A stretch of 64,000 bases of DNA from Macrostomum lignano (Eukaryota). The notes under the pieces were generated by a model. It ran no database searches and was not told the DNA's origin. It worked only from the letters and a program-made list of their open reading frames with translations. The DNA lies in the NCBI GenBank assembly GCA_002269645.1, contig NIVC01000522.1, forward strand, positions 248,001 to 312,000, written 5' to 3'. Below are positions 11,630 to 24,247 of this stretch, in pieces; the first letter of the stretch is position 1; every line of letters starts with the position of its first letter. The position numbers and the translations under genes were made by a program.

Positions 11630-14600
11630 TATATCAGCCATAACCAGGAAAGTATCCTATATGCCAAAATTTTCTAGCATGGATTAGTCTTTCATAGTGA
11701 CTGGCATGTTTGAATCTTAAAAAGTTGTATTTGGCATACAAAAAGTGGTATACAAAGCTATTTAAAGATAGGTGCAAGTCTCTTCCAGTTTTTGTAACAG
11801 AATGTTTTAAAGAAAAAAGTAGTTAATTATGAGGTGACAAGCCATAACCTAGTCTGGATCATGCTGGGTCCACACCTAAACAAAAATTAAAGAGTTAGAA
11901 ACCTAGGCCAGAAAAAAATTAGTAAATGCCCCCACTCTAAAAATCTAGGCTAGTGTTGCCTTTTGCATTGCATAAATGACCCTTTTTGGTTGATAATTTG
12001 GTTGATTTTTTATCTTTATTGTCTTAAACTACTATTTACAATGGAAAATTAATATCAATATGAAAATTGCATAAACTTTTGTTTCAATACATTATTAAGA
12101 AGCTTAAAAGCTGGAAAGTTAAAATCCATATACTAAAAATTTACACTAAAAATGAATATTTTATATCTTCTTTCCATTAAAACTAACTTTTTTATATGAT
12201 TCTATAAAGTGCATTTATGACATGACATTTATGACATGCATATTATATAGGCCCTAATCTAGAATGTAGATAACCTGAGTAAAATAAAAAATAATTATAG
12301 TAATTGAATGTGATAGTGTTACTTTATAGAATTTAGGTATAGGAACTTTTGTGATGGCAAGTTGTCATAAAGGAGTTATACTATAGACATGACATTTATT
12401 TTGTTATTTTATAATTTATATATAAACATCTATCAGTCAGTCAGTATAAAGTATCTTAGTTCAGAAACTCTGAGTCAATAATTTAAAGACTCTCCTACTC
12501 AGCCCAAAGGCTTTCCACTTTGTCTTGATAAATAGGACAGTTACATTGAATCGATACTGCACTCGTAAAATAAGTGGTGCTATTGAAATGAGAAAGACGG
12601 AAGACATCATTCAGGACTTTCCACTTCAGTTTAACTCTTTTCATGGCTTCATTGCGAATATAACGTGCACTTTACTATATTATAAATTTAGCCATAGTGG
12701 AAAGTCCCGCCACGAGCTGGAGTCTCGTAGAATACTTGTACATCAATACATAAACTAAATGCGTATAAAGTACTCATAGTAGCAGGTAAAATACAGTCTC
12801 CAGAGTAAAAACTTTTTCCATTTAAACTAACTTTTTTATATGATTCTATAAAGTGCATACCATGTGTGCACACTTAATATTTTCTTCAGAATCATCCATG
12901 CCAACTGTGCACAACTAAATTCAGGCACTCTTTAGTTTATGAAATAGAAATCTTTATAAAATAGTTCACAGGGATATATTATATAGGCTCTAATCTAGAA
13001 TGTAGATAACCTGAGTATAATAAAAAATAATTATAGTAATTGAATGTGATAGTGTTACTTTATAGAATTTAGGTATAGGAACTTTTGTGATGGCAAGTTG
13101 TCATAAAGGAGTTATACTATAGACATGACATTTATTTTGTTATTTTATAATTTATATATAAACATCTATATAGAAAACAATGTAATAATAAAAAATGAAC
13201 CTCGATTGGTATAATTGGCAAAAAGTAAAAAGGTCATTGATTGTTGCAGTGCAACTGAAAATTTAGTATATATGACAAAGTCACATTTTCAATATTTGGT
13301 ATACTTGGTATATATCTAAAATTTTGCCCAAAAAACTAGTATATACTAGACACCTTCCTGACAATGGCAAGTCAGTCAACCACTTTTGCTACTCTCTACC
13401 AACTACCCACCCTGTCCCTTACCTAGCCAGTAGCCCTACCTGCCCTTGCCCTGCCCCAGGCCTAACCTGACCTAAAGAGTAGGTCTAACCTGCACTTGCT
13501 CTGCACTGCCCTGCCTAGGCCTAGCCATGCTTTGCTTTGCCCTAGGCTAAATTTGTCACAGGCCATAATGGGCCTATGAGCTATGACTAGGCCTATGCTG
13601 TACACCTGTCCTAAGCTAAGCCCTTGGCCTTAAGTCCAAAATGATCATAAACAGACAAATACACTTATTATTATTAAAATAAAAAAGCAATAGAGTAATA
13701 AAAATTTTCTCAGTTTTACTTAAGCTTAAGCAACTTATACATTCTTTTAATTAATTACGTTAGGCCTTTATCTGGGTCTAAAGCAAGCATAACTGTCTGC
13801 CTAATATACCCAGACCATGCAGATACCGTGTCCAGATTCGATACTTTTAACTGTTTCCTGGAACAGAACAAACTTTAAATTTGCTACCAGTTCTTAGTTA
13901 AAACAAGTAATAAATCTTTCGGGCAAATAAAAAATAGTTTTTCTCGTTTTTTTTTTCTAGCAGGATAAACAACAAACGATATATTTCACAGAGCAATTGA
14001 TAAATATAACTAGTTTAACAGTTTTATTAATTCAATTCAAACGAACGAACAGAGCTTTAAACAGCGCGCGCGCGCGACTCTCGAGCTCATCGTGCAACTA
14101 TAAAACTTGAATGTTTTCTTTATAAAATTTCACTGAATCCATAACAAAAAGAAGCTTTATGTTTATTTCTTTAATGTTGATGTAGTCAATATAGTATGGC
14201 TTTGCTTTTTATTGCAATAACTTGTTTTATGTTTAATAAGCCTAAGTGAATTATTCAATATTTTCAAATAAAATCATGCAATATTTGTTGCTGAAGTTGC
14301 ATATTTGTTGTTTCATGTTCGAATTATTTTTTTACTATGGGCTCGTAAAAACATATTAGGCGTACTTAACTTAAGCCAAATTTTTAGCTAATGAAAAATA
14401 TTCTAGGCCTATTTTATTGACTATTCTAAATCTAAGGACCTAATAGTAATATATTAGGCCTATTGATAGAAAATCAAAAACTTTTTTATCCAGCCAATGA
14501 TAAAGATAGGAAAAGAAGCCCTATAGCTGTGTAAGTCACTATAAATATTGTGTAAATTGTATGATTAGGTGGTAGAGGCTAAAGTTAACATGAATATAGG

Positions 14601-15011
14601 GGCATGTCCAGAGGTTTCAGGATAAAGGGGGCAGTAAAAACTGAAAGGGCAATGCAACATCTTGAATTGTAGTGTTCTACTTCTACTGTTCTATTGTCAC
14701 ACCTTTGTATCTTTGTAGCCGTAGCTATACTGAATTTTATCATGCCATCTCTATAGCTGCAATTCTATACCACAGTTTTAGATAATCACTAGCAATCTAC
14801 GCTCCCCGTTGGGGAGCCAAATAAATGCAATACACGTTTTTTTAATAAGCTACATGTATCCTTGAAATCTTAAAAAATCTCCTGTCAAACCTTGTAAGCC
14901 TTGACATGTCAGTAATTCCCCCCCCACAAGCTTTGACATATCAACTTCCCCCCTTGACATCTCAGCAATGCCCCCAATAAGCCTTGGAAATCTAAAAATA
15001 TCTGTCAACCT

Positions 15012-15066
15012 TCTAACCCTAGCCTAACCCTAACCCTAGCCCTAACCCTAACCCTAACCCTAACCT
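15012..15066. repeat. Interstitial (CCCTAA)n-like tract
   Basis: ...taaccctagccctaaccctaaccctaaccctaacc... Confidence 0.8.
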
Positions 15067-15924
15067 AACATTGAAATTTCAGTAATTCTCTCTAAGAGTC
15101 ACTATAGCACTACTACAGCATTATAGCGATTTCCTGCAAGCCTCGACATCGTAGGGATTCCCAAATGAATCTCTTAACTTCGACATGAAGCTTCTTTTAT
15201 TTTTTACATTACGCTTTTTTTATCAGCGATCCCTCCCCTGAGGAGGCATCAAATAATGTAATAAAAAGTTTTCAATAAACTACATGTAGCTTCTGACTTT
15301 AGCCTTGAAATCTCATTTATACCCCGTGAGCCTTGACATCTCAGCTATTCCCCCCGTAAGCCTTAACATGTCAGCGATGGCCTCCATAAACCTTGAAATC
15401 TAAAAAATCCCCTGTTATTCTGTTAACCTTGAAACCCGATAAAATATAACCCTCAACCCACACCTGACCTAAACCTAACTTTAACCCAACCTAAAGCCTT
15501 GAAATCTCAGCAATTCTTCTCCCCTAAGCCTTTACATTTTAGTGATTCCTTCTTTAAGAATCACAGCACTATAACGATTTCCACCAAGCTTTGACATCGT
15601 AGCAATTCCCAAATGAATCTTTTAACTTGAACATGACTTTTCTTTTATGTATAGCTCGTACATACGCTCGTAGTGCTACTTTTATTTTTTACATGACTCT
15701 TCTTCTATAAGCGCCTCCCGTGGCGAGCCAACAAAGAATGCAATAAAAAAATTGAGTAAAGTACATGAACTTTGAAGTAGCTTCTGACTTTTGCTTTGAC
15801 ATCTCAGAAACCCCCCCCCCCCCGTAATCTCAGCAGTTATTCTCTGAGAGCCTTTACGTCTCAGTTTTTCTCCCCAGCACAGCATTATAGCTGCATTTAA
15901 TTTTTGATTTTTATGATTTTCTAT

Positions 15925-18900
15925 GATTTTTAAATGACGCTTCTACGATTTTTACATGACGCTTCTATGATTTTTTACATGACGCTTCTATGATTTTTTA
16001 CATGACGCTTCTATGATTGTTTACATGACGCTTCTATGATTTTTTAAATGACGCTTCTATGATTGTTTACATGACGCTTCTATGATTGTTTACATGATGC
16101 TTCTATGATTTTTTACATGACGCTTCTATGATTGTTTACATGACGCTTCTATGATTGTTTACATGACGCTTCTATGATTGTTTACATGACGCTTCTATGA
16201 TTCTTTACGTGACGCTTTTATGATTTTCACATGACGCTTCTATGATTTTTTAAATGACGCATCTATGATTTTTATATGACGCTTCTATGATTTTTTTAAA
16301 TGACGCTTCTATGATTGTTTACATGATGCTTCTATGATTTTTTAAATGACGCATCTATGATTTTTTTACATGACGCTTCTATGATTCTTTACATGACGCT
16401 TCTATGATTGTTTACATGACGCTACTATGATTTTTTTACATGATGCTTCTATGATTGTTTACATGACGCTTCTATGATTGTTTACATGACGCTTCTATGA
16501 TTTTTTCATGACGCTTCTGTGATTGTTTACATGCCGCTTCTATGATTGTTTACATGATGCTTTTATGATTGCTTACATGACGCTTCTATAATTGTTTACA
16601 TGACGCTTCTATGATTGTTTACATGACGCTTCTATGATTGCTTACATGACGCTTCTATGATTGTTTACATGACTCTTCTATGATTTTTTACATGACGCTT
16701 CTATGGTTGTTTACATGACGCTTCTATGATTTTTACATGACGCTTCTATGATTTTTTATATGACGCTTCTATGATTTTTTTAAATGATGCATCTATGATT
16801 TTTATATGACGCTTCTATGATTTTTTACATGACGCTTCTATGATTGTTTACATGAGGCTTCCATGATTTTTTAAATGACGCATCTATGATTTTTGCATGA
16901 CGCTTCTATGATTTTTTAAATGACGCTTCTACGATTTTTTACATGACGCTTCTATGATTGTTTACATGACGCTTCTATGATTGTTTACATGACGCTTCTA
17001 TGATTGTTTACATGACGCTTCTATGATTTTTTTACATGACGCTTCTATAATTGTTTACATGACGCTTCTATGATTTTTTACATGACGCTTCTATGATTGT
17101 TTACATGACGCTTCTATGATTGTTTACATGACGCTTCTATGATTCTTTACGTGACGCTTCTATGATTTTCACATGACGCTTCTATGATTGTTTACATGAC
17201 GCTTCCATGATTTTTTAAATGACGCATCTATGATTTTTATATGACGCTTCTATGATTTTTTTAAATGACGCTTCTATGATTGTTTACATGATGCTTCTAT
17301 GATTTTTTAAATGACGCATCTATGATTTTTATATGATGCTTCTATGATTTTTTAAATGACGCTTCTATGATTGTTTACATGATGCTTCTATGCTTTTTTA
17401 AATGACGCATCTATGATTTTTATATGATGCTTCTATGATTTTTTAAATGACGCATCTATGATTTTTAAATGACGCTTCTATAATTTATTATATGACGCTT
17501 CTACGATTTTTTACATGACGCTACTATGATTTTTACATGACGCTTCTTTTAAAAAATTTTACATGACGCTTCTATGATTGTTTACATGACGCTTCCATGA
17601 TTTTTTAAATGACGCATCTATGATTTTTGCATGACGCTTCTATGATTGTTTACATGACGCTTCTATGATTCTTTACGTGACGCTTCTATGATTTTCACAT
17701 GACGCTTCTATGATTGTTTACATGACGCTTCTATGATTGTTTACATGACGCTTCTATGATTCTTTACGTGACGCTTCTATGATTTTCACATGACGCTTCT
17801 ATGATTGTTTACATGACGCTTCCATGATTTTTTAAATGACGCATCTATGATTTTTATATGACGCTTCTATGATTTTTTTAAATGACGCTTCTATGATTGT
17901 TTACATGATGCTTCTATGATTTTTTAAATGACGCATCTATGATTTTTATATGATGCTTCTATGATTTTTTAAATGACGCATCTATGATTTTTATATGACG
18001 CTTCTATGATTGTTTACATGACGCTTCTATGATTCTTTACATGACGCTACTATGATTTTTACATGACGCTTCTTTTTAAAAAGTCTTTTAGTTTTCCTGA
18101 CGTTGAAAAGCTTTAATTAAAAAAATTATACTCTATGAAAATTCGAACCATCGTCGCTGCATTTAGCAGTTCAGTCTGTTCACCTCTAGGCATCTATGAT
18201 GCATCTATGATTTTTATATGACGCTTCTATGATTTTTTACATGACGCTTCTATGATTGTTTACATGATGCTTCTATGATTTTTTAAATGACGCATCTATG
18301 ATTTTTTTACATGACGCTTCTATGATTCTTTACATGACGCTTCTATGATTGTTTACATGACGCTACTATGATTTTTTTACATGATGCTTCTATGATTGTT
18401 TACATGACGCTTCTATGATTGTTTACATGACACTTCTATGATTTTAAAATGACGCTTCTGTAATTGTTTACATGACGCTTCTATGATTGTTTACATGATG
18501 CTTTTATGATTGCTTACATGACGCTTCTATGATTGTTTACATGACGCTTCTATGATTGTTTACATGACGCTTCTATGATTGTTTACATGACGCTTCCATG
18601 ATTTTTTAAATGACGCATCTATGATTTTTGCATGACGCTTCTATGATTTTTTAAATGACGCTTCTACGATTTTTTACATGACGCTTCTATGATTGTTTAC
18701 ATGACGCTTCTATGATTGTTTACATGACGCTTCTATGATTGTTTACATGACGCTTCTATGATTTTTTTACATGACGCTTCTATGATTTTTTAAATGACGC
18801 TTCTACGATTTTTTTACATGACGCTTTTATAATTGTTTACATGACGCTTCTATGATTTTTTACATGACGCTTCTATGATTGTTTACATGACGCTTCTATG

Positions 18901-20215
18901 ATTGTTTACATGACGCTTCTATGATTCTTTACGTGACGCTTCTATGATTTTCACATGACGCTTCTATGATTGTTTACATGACGCTTCCATGATTTTTTAA
19001 ATGACGCATCTATGATTTTTATATGACGCTTCTATGATTTTTTTAAATGACGCTTTTATGATTGTTTACATGATGCTTCTATGATTTTTTAAATGACACA
19101 TCTATGATTTTTATATGATGCTTCTATGATTTTTTAAATGACGCTTCTATGATTGTTTACATGATGCTTCTATGGTTTTTTAAATGACGCATCTATGATT
19201 TTTATATGATGCTTCTATGATTTTTTAAATGACGCATCTATGATTTTTATATGACGCTTCTATAATTTTTTATATGACGCTTCTATGATTTTTTACATGA
19301 CGCTACTATGATTTTTACATGACGCTTCTTTTTAAAAAGTCTTTTAGTTTTCCTGACGTTGAAAAGCTTTAATTAAAAAAATTATACTCTATGAAAATTC
19401 GAACCATCGTCGCTGCATTTAGCAGTTCAGTCTGTTCACCTCTAGGCATCTATGATGCATCTATGATTTTTATATGACGCTTCTATGATTTTTTACATGA
19501 TGCTTCTATGATTGTTTACATGACGCTTCCATGATTTTTTAAATGACGCATCTATGATTTTTGCATGACGCTTCTATGATTTTTTAAATGACGCTTCTAC
19601 GATTTTTTACATGACGCTTCTATGATTGTTTACATGACGCTTCTATGATTGTTTACATGACGCTTCTATGATTGTTTACATGACGCTTCTATGATTTTTT
19701 TACATGACGCTTCTATAATTGTTTACATGACGCTTCTATGATTTTTTACATGACGCTTCTATGATTGTTTACATGACGCTTCTATGATTGTTTACATGAC
19801 GCTTCTATGATTCTTTACGTGACGCTTCTATGATTTTCACATGACGCTTCTATGATTGTTTACATGACGCTTCCATGATTTTTTAAATGACGCATCTATG
19901 ATTTTTATATGACGCTTCTATGATTTTTTTAAATGACACTTCTATGATTGTTTACATGATGCTTCTATGATTTTTTAAATGATGCATCTATGATTTTTAT
20001 ATGATGCTTCTATGATTTTTTAAATGACGCTTCTATGATTGTTTACATGATGCTTCTATGGTTTTTTAAATGACGCATCTATGATTTTTATATGATGCTT
20101 CTATGATTTTTTAAATGACGCATCTATGATTTTTATATGACGCTTCTATAATTTATTATATGACGCTTCTACGATTTTTTACATGACGCTACTATGATTT
20201 TTACATGATGCTTCT
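15925..20215. repeat. About 23-bp satellite (ATGACGCTTCTATGATTGTTTAC) with higher-order duplications
   Basis: Roughly 170-180 units, interrupted at about 18072-18191 and 19328-19447 by copies of the 120-bp sequence that also closes the array at 20213-20333. Confidence 0.97.
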
Positions 20216-21340
20216 TTTTAAAAAGTCTTTTAGTTTTCCTGACGTTGAAAAGCTTTAATTAAAAAAATTATACTCTATGAAAATTCGAACCATCGTCGCT
20301 GCATTTAGCAGTTCAGTCTGTTCACCTCTAGGCTAGTTCTCATCTTTTTGATAACATCAAATTTTGCACTTATATATATATATAATTCAACAGTTTAAAA
20401 TCCAAGCATAGAGTAAATCACACGAAGCAGTTATGACATAATCAGTTTCTCAGTCAGTCAGTATCAGTTAACAATATGGTTACGCAATTTAAATCAAGTC
20501 TGGTGCTACGCTTCCACACTGCATTTTCAATTCAAGTCGGAGTTACAATTCAGTGATGATGCAATCTATTTCAGAACCAGAATTCAACCAGTCAGTTTTT
20601 TCTCTAGCATTCTTACAATGCATTTCAAGTCGAAAAGTTTGCTTGACCTTTGCAAAAAAGCATGTTTTTCGAATATTTAATGCCTTTAGCATCAAGCAAT
20701 TTCTTAGCCGCGATGCATGTACAGTCACGGGAAAATTTCTGATCAAACAGTGCAAGTTTGAACAAAATCGGTCCAGCCATTTTTTCTCTAATCGATCACA
20801 TAGATAGATAGATAGATAGATAGACACAGACAGACCATTTTTAGTATATAGGAAATCTCTGTATTCCAAATTTTATTGTAGCTATAGGCCTATTAAAAAT
20901 TAACATAATTAAGCCTAACAAAAATGACTAATTTCCAAAGTGAAAAGCAAAAATGTAAAGCCAAAGTGAAAGCAAGATCAAGCAATAAGCAAAAACTTCA
21001 AATTTAGTAACAAGCAAGCAAACATACAAACAAATATTAAAGATTTAGTATATTTAGATTATAGAGATTTTAGTATAGGCCCTCCCCTAATAGTTTTAGT
21101 TTGGTACAACAAATATAAATGCAGTTTATGTAAGATAGCTGGCAATGTATCTATTTATTTAGCCAAAAAAAGAACATTTCTTTACAAAAAGATAATTTTA
21201 TTTTTTTATAAAAAACAAATTATCAACATTTGTGAGTCAAAATGAGCAACTTTTATTGCAAAGCAAGCAACTTATTTGCAAAGTGAGCAACTCTACCTGA
21301 TTTCAATTTTATATTTAATTTTTATTGTTATAGTAAATTA

Positions 21341-23670
21341 CTAGCAATCTTCGCCCCCCGTTGGGGGACATCTGTATAGAACCTCTGTTCTCTACAAGTA
21401 ACAAAAAGATAGCCAAAAAAGGCCTTCACAAAGAAAACAGACAAAATACTCAAAGGAAGTGCAATGCAAAAAGAAATCATCCCAAGACAGCAAGCATCCC
21501 CTAGATAGCAAGCATCCTCCAGATTGCAAGCAACCCCTGGATAGCAAGCATCCCCCAGATAGCAAGCATCCCCCAGATAGCAAGCATCCCCTACATAGAT
21601 AGCATCCCCAAATAGCAAGCATCCACTAGACAATAAGTAGCTAGTGCAACAATTTCCTTAGCATTATAGTGGCTCCTTTAAAATTCGCTTACTTTTATGT
21701 TTGAAATTGTGTAAATTTTATGTTTGACATGGTGGCTGTTTTATGTTCTACATGGCAACTGTTTTATGTTTGAAACGATGGCTTTTTAATGTCAGACATG
21801 GTGGCTCTTTTATGTTTTACATGGTGGCTCTTTTATGTTTGACATGGTGCCTCTTTATTGTTTGACATGGTGGCTCTTTAATGTTTAACCTGGTGGCTCT
21901 TTTATGTTTGAAACAGTGGCTCTTTTATGTTTGACACAGTGGCTCTTTAATGTTCGACAAAGTGGCTATTTGATGTTTGATATGGTGACTCTTAAATGTT
22001 TTACATGGTGGCTCTTTACTGTTTGAAATGGTGGCTCTTTAATGTTCAAAATGGTGGCTCTTAAATGTTTGACATGGTGGCTCTTTATTGTTTGACATGG
22101 TGGCTCTTTAATGTTTAACCTGGTGGCTCTTTTATGTTTGACACGGCGGCTCTCTAGTGTTTGACAAAGTGGCTATTTAATGTTTGAAATGGTGGCTCTA
22201 AAGTTTGACATGGTGGCTCTTAAATGTTTGACATGGTGGCTCTTTAATGTTCTTCATGGTGGCTCTTTAATATTCTACATGGTGGCTCTTTTATGTTTGA
22301 CATGGTGGCTTTTTAATGTTTGACATGGTGGCTCTTTTATGTTTGACATGGTGGCTCTTTACTGTTTGAAATGGTGGCTCTTTAATATTCTACATGGTGG
22401 CTCTTTTATGTTCGACATGGTGGCTGTTTTTTGTTCTACATGGTAACTCTTTTATGTTTGATACGGTGGCTTTTTAATGTCTGACATGGTGGCTCTTCTA
22501 TGTTTGACACGGTGGCTCTTTAATTTTCGACAAAGTGGCTATTTGATGTTTGATATGGTGACTCCTAAATGTTTTACATGGTGGCTCTTCTATGTTTGAC
22601 ACAGTGGCTCTTTATTGTTTGACATGGTGGCTCTTTAATGTTTAACCTGGTGGCTCTTTTATGTTTGACACGGCGGCTCTCTAATGTTTGACAAAGTGGC
22701 TATTTAATGTTCGAAATGGTGGCTCTTTAAAGTTTGACATAAAGTCACATATATGTTTGACATGCTGGCTCTTAAATGTTTGACATGGTGGCTCTTAAAT
22801 GTTTGACATGGGGGCTCTTAAATGTTTGACATGGTGGCTCTTAAATGTTTGACATGGTGGCTCTTAAATGTTAGACGTGGTGGCTTGTTTAGGTTTGACA
22901 TAGTGGCTCTTCTATGTTTGAAATGGTGGCTTTTTAATCGTTGACATGGAGTCACGTATATGTTTGACATAGTGCTTATTTTATGTTTGACATGGTAACT
23001 CTTTTATATTCAAAATGTTGGCTCTTTAATGTTCGACATGGTGGCTCTTCTATGTTTGACATTGCGCTTCTATTATGTTTAGCAGTTTTGTTGTGTTTTT
23101 AAGGTGTTTTGATAAAAAAATCTTTTTGCACTACTAAGATTCGAACCCAGGTCGCTACATTAGCATTCCAGTCTGTTCGCATCTTGGCTATCTCTTTTCA
23201 ATTGGAGAACGTGAATTGTGGCCCTTATAATTCAATTCTTACAGCAAGTCAATGGAAGTAAAAAGTTATGACATAATTAATTTCTCAGTCAGCCAGTATC
23301 AGTCTCAATTTGAGTTAGCAATATTGGTTATGCAATTTAAATCAAGTCGTGTGTGCATTTCTTCGGCACTGTTTTCAACTTGTTATGATGCAATCTTTAT
23401 CACAATCAGAATTCAGCCAGTCAGTTTTTTCTCTAGCATTCTTACAATGAATTTTAGGTCAAAAGAGCGGCTTGACCTTTGCAAAAAAGCAGGTTTTTCG
23501 AATATTTAATCCCTTTAACATTGAGCAATTTCTTAGCCAAGATGCATGTACTGTCCCAGGAAAATTTCTGATCAAATGGTGCAAGTTTGAAGAAAATCGG
23601 TTGAGCCATATTTTCTGAAATCTATCGCATACCTACCCACATACAGACAACTCATTTTTAGTATATAGGA
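21341..23670 (-). mobile_element. Non-autonomous Helitron-like element 2 (2.3 kb)
   Basis: Minus-strand 5' end TCCTATATACTAAAA at 23670. The 3' end is a CCCCC/GGGGG hairpin followed by GAAGATTGCTAG|T at 21341. The duplicate flank at 26927/26928 shows the empty A|T site with no target duplication. Confidence 0.8.
21715..23070. repeat. About 23-bp satellite (ATGTTTGACATGGTGGCTCTTTT) inside Helitron 2; a second 20-bp array lies at about 21490-21620
   Basis: Direct periodicity. Confidence 0.95.
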
Positions 23671-23869
23671 CTAGCCAATTCCAACCCCCGTTGGGGCTTT
23701 CCATCCAAACTCCAACCACAGATTTCCCCATCCATAAAATCCCCGATGCAAAGAATCTCACATGCAAAGAATCCCCCATCCAAAGAACCCCCCATCGATA
23801 GAATCCCGATCCGGAGAATTCCCCATCCAATGAATCCCATATCCAAGGAATCCCGCATACACAGAAGCT
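23671..23869 (-). mobile_element. 3' fragment of a third Helitron-like element abutting element 2
   Basis: CTAG at 23671-23674 next to a CCCC-GTT-GGGG hairpin, then a degenerate AAGAATCCCCATCC repeat. It is truncated where the mariner fragment begins. Confidence 0.6.
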
Positions 23870-24247
23870 TCGGCCAGACCTCGGTTCATCGTTGAAGCTG
23901 TCCCGGCCTTCCGAGGAATGGCGCAGCCAGCGGGCAACCGTGTCAAATGATGGAGCAAAGTCAGCTAAAACATTCACTAGATCGGTATGAATCTCAGTCG
24001 CTCAGCAGCCAAGTTGCATGCGCATAAAGATGTAGAAGCGAACACTGTCTTTTGATGTTTCCATCAGCTACCGAAAACACATGGAAAATATATGGCTGTG
24101 AAATTTGACTGGAGCACATTTGGAAGCCAAAAATGCATATAAATATAGCAAACAGATATAGCCACATATGTATAAGTTTTGGGATTTTGCCGATTCTATA
24201 CCTAAAAGCTATAACAAGAGGTTGCAGAACTTTTTGATCACCCCTCG
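23870..24247 (-). mobile_element. Truncated mariner copy (378 bp, one TIR), part of a segmental duplication
   Basis: Appears identical to 11252-11629, including the premature stop, and continues into the same flanking DNA. Confidence 0.92.

Larger units (their letters stand above)
14789..20853 (-). mobile_element. Non-autonomous Helitron-like element 1 (about 6.1 kb, mostly satellite)
   Basis: On the minus strand it starts TCCTATATACTAAAA (20853) and ends with hairpin GCTCCCC-AAC-GGGGAGC, 8 nt, then CTAG|T (14789). Its 5' about 600 bp is homologous to 23100-23670. The base before the 5' TC is T rather than the canonical A. Confidence 0.7.

Noticed and set aside
14064-14105. (GC)6 run followed by TATAAAA as a promoter
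   Set aside because: No downstream ORF or recognisable RNA gene; indistinguishable from chance.
23130-23197. Functional tRNA gene
   Set aside because: Only the A/B boxes are recognisable; acceptor and anticodon stems do not pair. Reported instead as a tRNA-like module.
23633-23977. 114-aa ORF starting like the transposase
   Set aside because: It is chance read-through from the truncated mariner into Helitron repeat sequence, downstream of the same premature stop.
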